DNA from: Bacteroidota bacterium
GTDB lineage: Bacteria > Bacteroidota > Ignavibacteria > UBA10030 > UBA6906
Direction of reading: 5' to 3'
Assembly: GCA_046597825.1 (NCBI GenBank)
Contig: JBKJJX010000133.1
Location: 1 to 37,051, forward strand
Length of the DNA stretch: 37,051 nt
Shown here: positions 7,371-16,817 of the stretch, one piece after another
Position numbering within the stretch: the first letter of the stretch is position 1
Layout of the letters: every line of letters begins with the position of its first letter
Notes under the pieces: generated by a model
The model's database searches: none
Told to the model about the DNA's origin: nothing
Seen by the model: the letters and a program-made list of their open reading frames with translations, nothing else
Program-made: the position numbers and the translations under genes

Positions 7371-9310
7371 AAAACTTCAAACAATTTATTTTCTGCGCTA
7401 TAATGCTGGTGTGTCTCCAGCCATTGTGGGCGCAAACTGATTCGACTGCCTCACCCATTCCCCAATTTAACGCCCCTGTAATGGTCGATGGTGATACACT
7501 TTTTTATATCCATTCATATCTCGGTCCGTTTACTCCAGGGCAAAGAGCCGCTGCGGCGAGTGAAAAGCTACGCACGATAATCCAACACGGGAAAGTTGAT
7601 TCGGTGAGAGTTGTTGAATCTACTGCCGGCTCAACTATTGTTGCCGACAGTGTTATTGTCATGGCGGTGACGAATGACGATGCTATTCTTGAGGGAAAAC
7701 CGCGGACAGAAGTTGCAAAAGAGTTCGCCGCTATTCTGCATGAGCGGCTGGTAGTTGCTGCGGATCGTTATAGCGCCAAATCGCTGCTTACAGCAAGCGC
7801 CATTGTTGCCGGCTCCCTCTTGGGACTGGTCCTTGTTTTTTGGCTGATGGCAAAACTGTTTCCGAAATTGTATGTCCGCATGGAAAGCCTGGAAGGAAAA
7901 GTGTTTCGCAGTATCACAATACGCTCGCGGGAGATACTCAGTGCGGAAAGCCTTTCTGCCTTCTTTATTGTCCTTGTCAAGGGAATCAGGTTGGCGATCT
8001 CTCTCTTGCTTATTTATTTCTTTGTAACATATTCGCTTTCACTATTTCCCTGGACGAGGCATTGGAATGTGAAGCCGATCCTTATCGGCATCTTTCTCAG
8101 TATCCTTTCGACGACCGTCGCCATTGTCATTTTCAGAACGGTGAATTCGTTCTTCAAAATGTTGATAAGAAAAACTGACGGATGGAAAGGAACAGTCATA
8201 AAGCCGGTGAAATTAAAGACGGTCGAGGTCCTTTCGGAGGAGCGGATTGCAGAGCTCGTCAAAGCGGTATTCAAAATTGTGAGGTTGTTCTGTTTTGTCG
8301 TTCTTGGATATTTCTACATCACAATCCTGTTTAGCTTTTTTCCATTCACGCAAACATGGGCGGGAACATTATTCGGCTACATTATCAATCCTCTCTGGAA
8401 TGTGTTGACCTCGTTTGTTTTGTATCTGCCGAATCTCTTTTTCATTCTGGTTATCGTCTATGTTACGCGGTATGTCATCAAGTTCATCAGGCTTGTGTTT
8501 GACGAAATAGGGAAAGGGGTGTTGACACTACCCGGTTTTTACGCTGAATGGTCAGACCCTACCTACAAGATTGTGCGCTTCCTGATTCTCGCGTTCGCGG
8601 GCATCGTTATCTTCCCATATTTGCCGGGATCGGACTCGCCGATTTTCCAGGGCATTACTGTTTTCTTCGGAATCCTTTTTTCGTTGGGATCGACATCCGC
8701 CATTGCGAACATCGTTGCCGGAGTCGTTCTCACATACATGCGCCCGTTTCGGATCGGGGATCGGGTGAAGATCGCCGATACGATGGGGGACATCATGGAG
8801 AAAACACTTCTGGTCACCCGCGTCCGCACGATCAAGAACGTGGATATTACAATTCCTAACGCGATGGTGCTTAGCAGCCATATCATTAACTTCAGCTCGT
8901 CTTCAAGCGGGCCGGGGCTTATCGTGCACACAAGCGTCACCATAGGCTATGATGTCCCATGGAAAAATGTCCATGCGGCACTCATTGCGGCAGCAGATGC
9001 AACAACAACTGTCTTGAAGGAACCGAAGCCGTTTGTTCTCCAAACAAGTCTCGATGATTTCTATGTTGCGTACGAACTCAACGCGTATACGAATCAGCCC
9101 AACATTATGGCAAAAATATATTCCGAGCTCCATCAGAACATTCAGGACAAGTTCAACGAAGCGGGAATTGAGATCATGTCACCGCATTATTCCGCGATCC
9201 GCGATGGAAATCAAGTCACGATCCCGGAAAACTATCTGCCAAAGTCCTATCAGGCACCGTCATTCCGGATTCTGCCGACCGGAGATATCACAGGGAAGAA
9301 ATCAGAATAA
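7367..9310 (+). CDS. Large MscS-family mechanosensitive channel with a signal peptide and an N-terminal extracytoplasmic domain
   Basis: 647 aa with signal peptide MLVCLQPLWAQ. The C-terminal MscS core reads STSAIANIVAGVVLTYMRPFRIGDRVKIADTMGDIMEKTLLVTRVRTIKNVDITIPNAMVLSSHIINFS. Its ATG overlaps the stop of the preceding gene (ATGA at 7367). Confidence 0.9.
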   Translation: MKNFKQFIFCAIMLVCLQPLWAQTDSTASPIPQFNAPVMVDGDTLFYIHSYLGPFTPGQRAAAASEKLRTIIQHGKVDSVRVVESTAGSTIVADSVIVMAVTNDDAILEGKPRTEVAKEFAAILHERLVVAADRYSAKSLLTASAIVAGSLLGLVLVFWLMAKLFPKLYVRMESLEGKVFRSITIRSREILSAESLSAFFIVLVKGIRLAISLLLIYFFVTYSLSLFPWTRHWNVKPILIGIFLSILSTTVAIVIFRTVNSFFKMLIRKTDGWKGTVIKPVKLKTVEVLSEERIAELVKAVFKIVRLFCFVVLGYFYITILFSFFPFTQTWAGTLFGYIINPLWNVLTSFVLYLPNLFFILVIVYVTRYVIKFIRLVFDEIGKGVLTLPGFYAEWSDPTYKIVRFLILAFAGIVIFPYLPGSDSPIFQGITVFFGILFSLGSTSAIANIVAGVVLTYMRPFRIGDRVKIADTMGDIMEKTLLVTRVRTIKNVDITIPNAMVLSSHIINFSSSSSGPGLIVHTSVTIGYDVPWKNVHAALIAAADATTTVLKEPKPFVLQTSLDDFYVAYELNAYTNQPNIMAKIYSELHQNIQDKFNEAGIEIMSPHYSAIRDGNQVTIPENYLPKSYQAPSFRILPTGDITGKKSE

Positions 9311-9319
9311 GCGCAGGCG

Positions 9320-10561
9320 TTGCCGTTGACCTCAATTCAAACTATTGCATTGCTTCTGACGTTTGCAGCGCTGGCGGCGTTTGGCAATTACAAATTTTTG
9401 CATTTGCCCCGTACCATCGGACTGATGGTTATTGCGCTGAGCCTTTCGCTGGTCTTCGTCGTGATTGGTGCTCTGGGTATAATCAATCTTGATGAGGCGA
9501 CACAGTTCGTTCAATCCATTGACTTCAGTGAAACGTTACTGCATGGCATGCTGGCGTTTCTCTTGTTCGCCGGCGCTCTGCATGTTGATCTGACCGACCT
9601 TCGGAGTCAGGCTCTGCCGGTTGTGGTACTCTCAACAGCGGGCGTTGTGCTTGCAACGGGAATCACGGGAACCTTGGTGTGGGTTGTTGCGCGATGGATC
9701 GGAGCAGACCTGCCTTTTGTGTACGCGCTGCTTTTCGGCGCGCTTATTTCACCCACCGACCCGATTGCAGTTCTCGGCATTTTAAAAAGTGTCGGAGCTC
9801 CGAAGGCGCTTGAAGTAAAAATAACCGGCGAATCTCTTTTCAACGATGGCGTGGGCGTGGTGGTGTTTCTCACGATTCTCGACGTTGCAGTCGGGAAACA
9901 AGAACCCGAGCTGGGACACATTGCGTTGTTCTTCTTCAAGGAGGCAATCGGTGGCGCTCTCTTTGGTCTCGTGTTTGGCTGGGTATTCTACAGGCTGCTG
10001 AAGTCTGTCGACATGTATCAGGTTGAAGTGCTGCTTACGCTTGCGCTTGCAGCAGGAGGCTACTCTCTGGCTGAGGCCATACATGTTTCAGCGCCGATTG
10101 CGATTGTTGTCGCCGGTTTGTTTATCGGCAACCATGGACGCACATTTGCAATGTCCGATACGACCCGCGAACATCTCGACACTTTTTGGGAGCTGGTTGA
10201 TGAGATCATGAACGCGATTCTCTTTGTCATCATCGGGCTCGAAGTGTTGGCAATCCGCCTGGACACTACACATATCGTCATTGCACTTTCGGCAATCCTC
10301 ATCGTTCTGCTTGCCCGGTACGTGAGTGTGGGAACATTGGTCGGCGCAATGCGATTCAAAAGAAAATTCACCGGCGGCGTCGTGGAGATTCTGACCTGGG
10401 CGGGATTGCGGGGAGGCATCTCAATCGCCCTGGCCCTTTCAATCCCGTTTGTTCCCGAGCGTCAGCTGATTCTGACCGCGACCTACGTAGTTGTAATATT
10501 TTCCGTGCTTGTGCAGGGACTGACGATCGGCAAAGTGATTGCTCTGCGAGCAAAACAATAA
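9320..10561 (+). CDS. nhaP: Na+/H+ antiporter, CPA1 (NhaP-type)
   Basis: 413 aa with the canonical CPA1 motif GESLFNDGVGVVVF and 10-12 TM helices. The start is TTG, 9 nt after the previous stop. The exact start is uncertain because there is no clear SD. Confidence 0.85.
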   Translation: MPLTSIQTIALLLTFAALAAFGNYKFLHLPRTIGLMVIALSLSLVFVVIGALGIINLDEATQFVQSIDFSETLLHGMLAFLLFAGALHVDLTDLRSQALPVVVLSTAGVVLATGITGTLVWVVARWIGADLPFVYALLFGALISPTDPIAVLGILKSVGAPKALEVKITGESLFNDGVGVVVFLTILDVAVGKQEPELGHIALFFFKEAIGGALFGLVFGWVFYRLLKSVDMYQVEVLLTLALAAGGYSLAEAIHVSAPIAIVVAGLFIGNHGRTFAMSDTTREHLDTFWELVDEIMNAILFVIIGLEVLAIRLDTTHIVIALSAILIVLLARYVSVGTLVGAMRFKRKFTGGVVEILTWAGLRGGISIALALSIPFVPERQLILTATYVVVIFSVLVQGLTIGKVIALRAKQ

Positions 10562-10608
10562 AGTCTAGCAGGTTGCAGAAAAATTATTTTAACAGTCTTT
10601 GCGAGGAG

Positions 10609-10625
10609 CCCCGCTTGTGGCGGGG
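10609..10625 (+). terminator. GC-rich hairpin downstream of nhaP (possible terminator, embedded in a repeat-like element)
   Basis: CCCCGC (10609-10614), loop TTGTG, GCGGGG (10620-10625). It lies 48 nt after the nhaP stop. There is no U-tract (TAAACTTCG follows), so terminator function is uncertain. Confidence 0.35.
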
Positions 10626-10771
10626 TAAACTTCGCGACGAAGCAATCTCGCTTTACTGGAGTCAAAGCATCGTCCAGAGTTAATCACTGCCGTTCGTTCT
10701 ATCATTGCCCACTTCGTCTATTTGCAGTACATTATAGTTGCTCCACGCCGAGCAGATAAGGACAAAAACCT

Positions 10772-11310
10772 ATGAAGGCATTCCAGATAAAAAGCATACT
10801 CGTTCCCACGGATTTTTCTGATTTGTCTCTTCGCGCTCTTGAGCATGCTGAGCGGGTGCCGGACATTCTAAAATTCCCGTGCTCAGTGTGAACAAAGGAC
10901 TGGGGCGCAAAGGCTACAATAATCTTGTGTATCCTGTTCGCGACAGAACTCAGGCGATGGATAAATATGATTTCGCTCTGACATTCGCCCGGCTGTTTGA
11001 AATGCGGGTGCATATTATAGGTCTGCTTCGATCAAACGAAAAGGAACACGAAAAAAGAATGCGCGCCTTGTGTGAAGCAACCAAAATTCGGTTTGAGAAA
11101 GACGGAGTCGGCGCCAAGTTGTTGTTTACAAAGTCCGACCAGTTTCCTGTCGCAATTATGAAATATGCGCATACATTTATCGACTCCCTTGTAATCATAA
11201 AGCAAGATCATGATTTTCTTTTGGCAGAGATGTTTCGCGGAACATTTACAAAAACAGTGTTGCACAAAGTGTTATCACCGGTATTAACAATCCCTCAGCA
11301 GTATGAGTGA
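10772..11310 (+). pseudogene. Tandem-domain universal stress protein (UspA family) with an internal deletion/frameshift in its first domain; the second domain is intact as ORF 10879-11310
   Basis: ATG at 10772 gives MKAFQIKSILVPTDFSDLSLRALEHAERV..., a classic Usp N-terminus, then a stop at 10889-10891 after 39 codons. The +2 frame opens at 10852 with AGAGHSKIPVLSVNKG, a classic Usp domain end (xxHSKIPVLxV). It continues into a second Usp domain: NNLVYPVRD...RVHIIGLL...SPVLTIP. About 100 residues of domain 1 are therefore missing. The stop overlaps the mlaE start by 8 nt. Confidence 0.7.
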
Positions 11311-12115
11311 TGTAGCGATCACACCACAATCGGGCGGCATCAGCACTGAAGGGTTTTTTGAATTCTTCGGGCGCCGTACCGTGCTGTTCTTTACGCATCT
11401 GGGGAAGTATTCCAGCCTTGTGTGGTGGTCATTCAGAAATATTCGTAACATATTTGAGTCCGGCAAGAATATTGTTTCGCAGATGACGCAGATCGGGGTT
11501 AATTCTATCCCCATCGTGATCTTCGTGGCGACGTTTGTTGGAATGGTTACTTCGGTTCAATCCTCGTATCAGCTGTATGCGTGGATACCGCGGTCGGTGG
11601 TCGGCTCGCTCGTTATCAAATCTGTTCTTCTCGAACTGACACCCCTCGTGACAGCGCTTGTACTCGCTGGAAAAGTGGGCGCAACAATTACTGCCGAGCT
11701 GGGATCGATGCGCGTCACCGATCAGATTGATGCACTGGAAGCTATGGGTTATGACTCGATATCGTTCTTGGTTACGCCGCGTGTTATCGCGGGCATCTTC
11801 ATGTTTCCAATCCTGATTGTGTTCGGGGATCTGCTTGCAGTGCTCGGCGGACTTTTTGGTGCTGTAGTCGTTGCCAATGTATCGGCTCCGGCGTTTATTT
11901 CGGGCCTCAAGACTTCTTTTGAAATCTCGGATGCGGTTTTTGGTCTTGTCAAAGCGTTGGTTTTTGGTTTTACGATTACATCCATAGCGTGCTATCAGGG
12001 ATATTTTGTTCGCGGCGGCTCGGCAGGCGTCGGCAAAGCAACGATGACGACAGTCGTCTGGACATGCCTCACGGTGGTCGTTCTCGATTTCCTGTTAGCA
12101 TCAATTCTTCTCTAG
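11303..12115 (+). CDS. mlaE: MlaE-family ABC transporter permease
   Basis: 270 aa with the MlaE/YrbE signature ELGSMRVTDQIDALEAMGYDSISFLVTPRVIAGIFMFPIL. Confidence 0.9.
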   Translation: MSDVAITPQSGGISTEGFFEFFGRRTVLFFTHLGKYSSLVWWSFRNIRNIFESGKNIVSQMTQIGVNSIPIVIFVATFVGMVTSVQSSYQLYAWIPRSVVGSLVIKSVLLELTPLVTALVLAGKVGATITAELGSMRVTDQIDALEAMGYDSISFLVTPRVIAGIFMFPILIVFGDLLAVLGGLFGAVVVANVSAPAFISGLKTSFEISDAVFGLVKALVFGFTITSIACYQGYFVRGGSAGVGKATMTTVVWTCLTVVVLDFLLASILL

Positions 12116-12847
12116 ATGATACTCGTTCGCGATATTTATAAGAGTTTCGGTGATCATGAAGTGTTGCGCGGGGTATCGTTCGATGTGCGGGACAAAGAAA
12201 CGCTTGTCATGCTCGGCAAAAGCGGGAGTGGAAAGAGTGTTCTGCTCAGAATGATAATCGGATTGCTGAAGCCGAATTCGGGAACAATTAGTACCGATGG
12301 AAACGACATTGCGGCAATGAGTTATCAGCAACTTCGGGAAGAACGAAGGAAGTTCGGCTTTCTGTTTCAGGACGCGGCACTATTCGATTCACTGACAGTG
12401 GGAGAGAATATCGCCCTCCCTCTGCGCCAGCGGAAAAATATTACGGAACCAGCAATCAAGGAACGTGTAGCCTATGCGTTGGAGTTGGTCGATCTGGCCG
12501 GCATCGAGAAGAAAATGCCCTCGACGCTCAGCGGTGGAATGAAAAAACGTGTCGGACTCGCACGGGCGATTGCGCCGAACCCGCTTTACATGTTATACGA
12601 TGAACCCACAACAGGACTGGATGTCGGGACTGCGGACGAAATCAACAGCCTCATGACCGATATGCGGACGCGACTCGGCATCACTTCGATTGTTGTCACG
12701 CATGATATTCGCAGCGCGTTCATTGTGGGCGACCGGTTCATGATTCTCGAACGTGGCCGCATCCTGATGACGGGGACGCGGGATGATCTTGAAAACAGCA
12801 CCGATGCTGAAATAAAAAAATACGTCAACAGTTCGCTTTCATCGTGA
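12116..12847 (+). CDS. mlaF: ABC transporter ATP-binding protein (MlaF-like)
   Basis: 243 aa with Walker A GKSGSGKS, ABC signature LSGGMKKR and Walker B LYMLYDEP. It starts immediately after the mlaE stop. Confidence 0.9.
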   Translation: MILVRDIYKSFGDHEVLRGVSFDVRDKETLVMLGKSGSGKSVLLRMIIGLLKPNSGTISTDGNDIAAMSYQQLREERRKFGFLFQDAALFDSLTVGENIALPLRQRKNITEPAIKERVAYALELVDLAGIEKKMPSTLSGGMKKRVGLARAIAPNPLYMLYDEPTTGLDVGTADEINSLMTDMRTRLGITSIVVTHDIRSAFIVGDRFMILERGRILMTGTRDDLENSTDAEIKKYVNSSLSS

Positions 12848-12857
12848 AGGACGAGAT

Positions 12858-13769
12858 ATGAAATGGAGTAGTGAAGCCCGGATCGGAATTGTGGTTTTCC
12901 TGGCGGCAGTAGTTTTCGCCGGCGGGATTATTGTGCTTCGGGGGATTGATCTCCGTTCAAAAGATTACTCGCTGAATGTGCATTTTGGCAATGTCAACGG
13001 ACTGAATACGGGAAGCCGCGTAAGTGTTGCCGGACTTGAAATTGGCAGCGTCGAGTCGATGACAATGTCGGGGAATCGAATTGAGGTGAATCTATCCCTG
13101 AAAACCCGTACGCGTCTTCCACGTGATTCAAAAGCCATCATCAAAAGCGAATCCATTATGGGGGGAAAGTTTGTTGAAATCATTCCCGGAACCGCCGCTA
13201 CGATGCTGCAGAACGGCGATTCACTGAGCGGTGCCTATGAGGCAGATCTTTCTCAACTGACCGCCACACTCGCGCCTATTTCGACAAACGTTCTCGGCAT
13301 TCTTGAGAATGTCAACTCGACATTTGACGAACCGACACGAAACCGGATTCAGGCTGTCGTTGCAAACTTGAGCCGGTCGACTGCCCATATGGATCAGGTA
13401 ATCAATAGGGAGGGTGCACGGCTCGATGTTGCTTTTGGCGACTTTGCGGAATTTTCCAAAAATATTTCAAAGCTCGCGAGAACTCTCGACACGATTGCAG
13501 GCAACCAGCGCGGCAATGTGAATGCTGGGATGTCCTCGTTAAAGAAAGCTGCCCAGAATCTGGATCGGGTATCAGTACAACTTGATGAGGCAAGTTCTTC
13601 CCTGAATCTCATCCTTGCAAAAGTGAAAAGCGGGGAAGGTACAATGGGCAGGCTGATTTATGATGCGAAATTGTACAACGATATCGACACCCTTGCCGTG
13701 AATTTGAATTCGCTTGTGCTGGACCTTCGCCTGAACCCTCAACGATATGTGAAGGTAAGCGTCTTTTGA
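12858..13769 (+). CDS. mlaD: MlaD/MCE-domain protein
   Basis: 303 aa with an N-terminal TM anchor and an MCE domain (YSLNVHFGNVNGLNTGSRVSVAGLEIGSVESM), followed by a helical C-terminal region. Confidence 0.85.
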   Translation: MKWSSEARIGIVVFLAAVVFAGGIIVLRGIDLRSKDYSLNVHFGNVNGLNTGSRVSVAGLEIGSVESMTMSGNRIEVNLSLKTRTRLPRDSKAIIKSESIMGGKFVEIIPGTAATMLQNGDSLSGAYEADLSQLTATLAPISTNVLGILENVNSTFDEPTRNRIQAVVANLSRSTAHMDQVINREGARLDVAFGDFAEFSKNISKLARTLDTIAGNQRGNVNAGMSSLKKAAQNLDRVSVQLDEASSSLNLILAKVKSGEGTMGRLIYDAKLYNDIDTLAVNLNSLVLDLRLNPQRYVKVSVF

Positions 13770-13840
13770 TGAAGTCAATTCATCTCTTTGTATCGGAAAG
13801 ATAAGAATCGCATGAAACGTAATCAGAAGGAAACGGCATT

Positions 13841-16114
13841 TTGAAAAAATTCGATACGGAAGTTCATCTCAGCCGTGAGATGAAGTTGCTGGATGTGACG
13901 ATGATTGGTGTTGGTGCAATGATCGGTGCCGGCATTTTTGTTTTGATCGGGATCGCGGCAGGGGTTGCGGGCCCGGCGCTCATCATTGCTTTTACATTGA
14001 ATGGGTTCGTCGCGTTGCTAACTGCAATGTCGTACGCAGAACTGGGATCATGCTATCACGATGCCGGCGGCGGTTATCTCTGGGTAAAAGAAGGACTGCC
14101 GAAGTGGAATGGGTTTCTCTCAGGATGGATGAGCTGGTTTGCACACGCAGTCGCATGCAGTCTGTATGCGCTTGGCTTCGGCGCGTATTTCGAACATGTG
14201 CTGACGGAATTCGGTGTAATCATGCCACACTGGGGGTTCCTCTCTCCACAAAAGCTTCTTGCGGTGGGTATCGCAGTCGTCTTTGCGTATATCAATTTTC
14301 GCGGTGCCTCCGAAACGGGAAAAATCGGTAATCTGGTAACGATGGCGAAAATTGTTATTCTCGCGATATTCATCGGCTTCGGGCTGGAATACATGTTCCG
14401 GCGGGATGATTGGAGCACATCGTTTGTTCCGTTTATGCCGAATGGCTGGGGCGGCGTGTTTCAGGCAATGGGACTTACGTTTATTGCGTTTCAGGGATTT
14501 GAAGTAATCTCCCAGTGTTCGGAAGAGGTAAAGAATCCGAAGAAGAACATTCCACGAGCCGTATTCTTATCCCTTCTCATCGTCGTACCCATTTACCTTC
14601 TCGTTGCGGTGACGTCACTCGGTTCAGTCAGGCCTGAGAACGGCATGACGCCCTGGGATTTTCTCGCTACACAAAAAGAAACAGCGCTCGTCGGTGTTGC
14701 GGAGATGTTCTTTACGGGTGGCGGAATATTACTGTTGTTCGGCGGACTCATCTCAACAATGTCTGCATTGAATGCCACAGTGTATTCATCTTCGCGCGTT
14801 GCATTTGCCATGGGAAGGGACAGGAATTTTCCTACATTTTTTAGTAAGGTCCACGCGAAAAAATTCACGCCGCATTTTGCAATCTTCGGTTCATTTGTCA
14901 TCGTTGTGTTGATGTGCCTTTCGTTGCAAATCGAAGATGTTGCATCGGCTGCGGACATTATGTTCCTGCTTTTGTTTCTACAGGTGAATGTTACACTCAT
15001 TCGCCTTCGCAAGAAAAGACCCGATTTGGACCGCGGATTTTTTACTCCTCTTTTTCCGTATCTCACGATCGTCGGAATAGCGCTATTGTTGTTCCTCGCC
15101 GTGTACATGTTCAACTACAGTCCGCTCGGTTGGTTCGTCACTGCTGGTTGGATTGGCATCGGACTCGTGGTCTATAAGGTATACTCATCGAAGCGGGAAG
15201 TCGAACATGTAAGAAAAGTGAAAGCCCTGGAACGCCTCGAACGCAAAGAGTTCACCATACTTGTTCCCCTCTCGAACCCGGCAACAGCTAAAGGGATTCT
15301 CGAAATCTCTATTGCGATAGCAAAGAAACATAATGCCGAGATTTTGCTTCTGCATGTTACTGAAGTAGATCAAGGTGTGCCTCTACGGGCCGGTATCGAC
15401 GAAGGGGAGCGCATTGTTCCGTTCCTTGAGGAGGCGAAAGCCACAATTGCGAACGCCGGAATTCCCGCCCGGTCGATTGTTCAGGTCTCGCACAGAATTT
15501 CGCAGGGGATTCTCGAGACGGCAATCGAGGAACAGGCAAATTTTATTATTCTCGGTCGCGAACGTCACCCGACGTTTCTGGACCAAATCAATGCGAGTGT
15601 TATTGATACGGTCCTCGATCGCGCTCCGTGTGAAGTTGCGATTCTGCATGGCGAGCTTGATACGGAGACGATCAAGAATGTTATGATTCCGTTCAGTGAA
15701 AATATTCATACGCAACTGGCGTTTGAAATTATGCCGGCAATTCTCGATCATTTCAAAAGTAAAGCGGAGGTGGTGGTCGTATTCGAGCCCGATATGCCAT
15801 CCGTGCAAAAAGAAGAGGAGCTTCAGAGAATTGACGAGCGCGTGCGAACGAGCGGCATAGATGCGCAGGTGAACGTTACGCACAACAAGGGAATTTTGGA
15901 AGGTGTTGTTCTCCAATCAAAAAAATCGGACTTGATTATTATGGGTGGGCGGTCCGGTGAGTTTCTCGGATTGCTCGTCGGCCAATCCCTGACGCAAGAG
16001 ATTACCGAACAGGCCGCTTGCCCTGTGTTATGGGTGAATGAATATGAAGAGCGCACATCACTGTGGAAAGCCTTTTTTAGACCTGTTGAAAAGGAGATAG
16101 AAGATCATGGATAG
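13841..16114 (+). CDS. APC-family amino-acid/polyamine permease fused to two C-terminal universal-stress (Usp) domains
   Basis: 757 aa. The N-terminal ~445 aa is polytopic with the APC signature LLDVTMIGVGAMIGAGIFVLIG. Two Usp domains follow: FTILVPLSNPATAKGILEISIAIAKKHNAEILLLHV...APCEVAIL and VMIPFSENIHTQLAFE...DLIIMGGRSGEFLGLLVGQSLTQEITEQAACPVLWV. The start is TTG with AAGGAA 7 nt upstream. Confidence 0.85.
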   Translation: MKKFDTEVHLSREMKLLDVTMIGVGAMIGAGIFVLIGIAAGVAGPALIIAFTLNGFVALLTAMSYAELGSCYHDAGGGYLWVKEGLPKWNGFLSGWMSWFAHAVACSLYALGFGAYFEHVLTEFGVIMPHWGFLSPQKLLAVGIAVVFAYINFRGASETGKIGNLVTMAKIVILAIFIGFGLEYMFRRDDWSTSFVPFMPNGWGGVFQAMGLTFIAFQGFEVISQCSEEVKNPKKNIPRAVFLSLLIVVPIYLLVAVTSLGSVRPENGMTPWDFLATQKETALVGVAEMFFTGGGILLLFGGLISTMSALNATVYSSSRVAFAMGRDRNFPTFFSKVHAKKFTPHFAIFGSFVIVVLMCLSLQIEDVASAADIMFLLLFLQVNVTLIRLRKKRPDLDRGFFTPLFPYLTIVGIALLLFLAVYMFNYSPLGWFVTAGWIGIGLVVYKVYSSKREVEHVRKVKALERLERKEFTILVPLSNPATAKGILEISIAIAKKHNAEILLLHVTEVDQGVPLRAGIDEGERIVPFLEEAKATIANAGIPARSIVQVSHRISQGILETAIEEQANFIILGRERHPTFLDQINASVIDTVLDRAPCEVAILHGELDTETIKNVMIPFSENIHTQLAFEIMPAILDHFKSKAEVVVVFEPDMPSVQKEEELQRIDERVRTSGIDAQVNVTHNKGILEGVVLQSKKSDLIIMGGRSGEFLGLLVGQSLTQEITEQAACPVLWVNEYEERTSLWKAFFRPVEKEIEDHG

Positions 16115-16763
16115 TCCACTGCAAAAAGCATTATATGGCGTTACGGAAAAACTTATTTCCTACCTGCCAAATCTCGTCGCCGGGATCGTGCTCATTGCCA
16201 TCGGATGGTTTCTCGGATGGCTCGTCAAGCGAATTGTTGTGCAGGTGTTCCTTGTTTTGCGGTTTGATCGTTTGTTTCGCCGATTCAAGTGGGGCGGCGG
16301 ATTTGCCAAGGCTGATGTTCGCTATGCGTTCGCAGGATTCGTCGGTAACGCTGCGTTTCTGATTGTCTTTTTGATTTTGCTGAACGCGTCGCTTGAAGCA
16401 TTGCAGCTCACCGTAATCTCCGATGTGCTGAGACAGGGAGTATTGTTCATACCTAAGCTTCTTGTCGCAGCCTTCATCTTCGGGCTTGGCTGGCTGCTTG
16501 CAGGATGGATCGGCGGCACCATTCAGCGTGCACTCATCAAAGAAGAAGTTCCCAGGGCAACGTTGATCGCGAGATTCACGAAAGTTGTTGTCATGCTCTT
16601 CTTTTCGGCGATGGCTTTAACGGAGATCGACATAGCCCGTGAAATTGTTATCATCGGTTTTAGCGTTACGATCATAACTCTCGGCGTACTTGTGATTGTT
16701 ATGACATCAATCGGAGGCAAACGCTTTGTCGCAGGCATTCTGGAAACTCTTGAGGAGTCGTAA
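16107..16763 (+). CDS. Small 4-TM membrane protein with repeated 'conserved TM helix' motif (PF05552-like, as found at N-termini of some MscS-like channels)
   Basis: 218 aa with the repeated motif YLPNLVAGIVLIAIGWFLGWLVKRIV / FIPKLLVAAFIFGLGWLLAGWIGGTI. Its ATG overlaps the permease-Usp stop by 8 nt. It is a paralogue of 20104-20775. The family assignment is from memory. Confidence 0.6.
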   Translation: MDSPLQKALYGVTEKLISYLPNLVAGIVLIAIGWFLGWLVKRIVVQVFLVLRFDRLFRRFKWGGGFAKADVRYAFAGFVGNAAFLIVFLILLNASLEALQLTVISDVLRQGVLFIPKLLVAAFIFGLGWLLAGWIGGTIQRALIKEEVPRATLIARFTKVVVMLFFSAMALTEIDIAREIVIIGFSVTIITLGVLVIVMTSIGGKRFVAGILETLEES

Positions 16764-16817
16764 CGATACGATAGTAGGAAAGGAAAAGAATCATACATAT
16801 GGACAGATCAGGAAATC

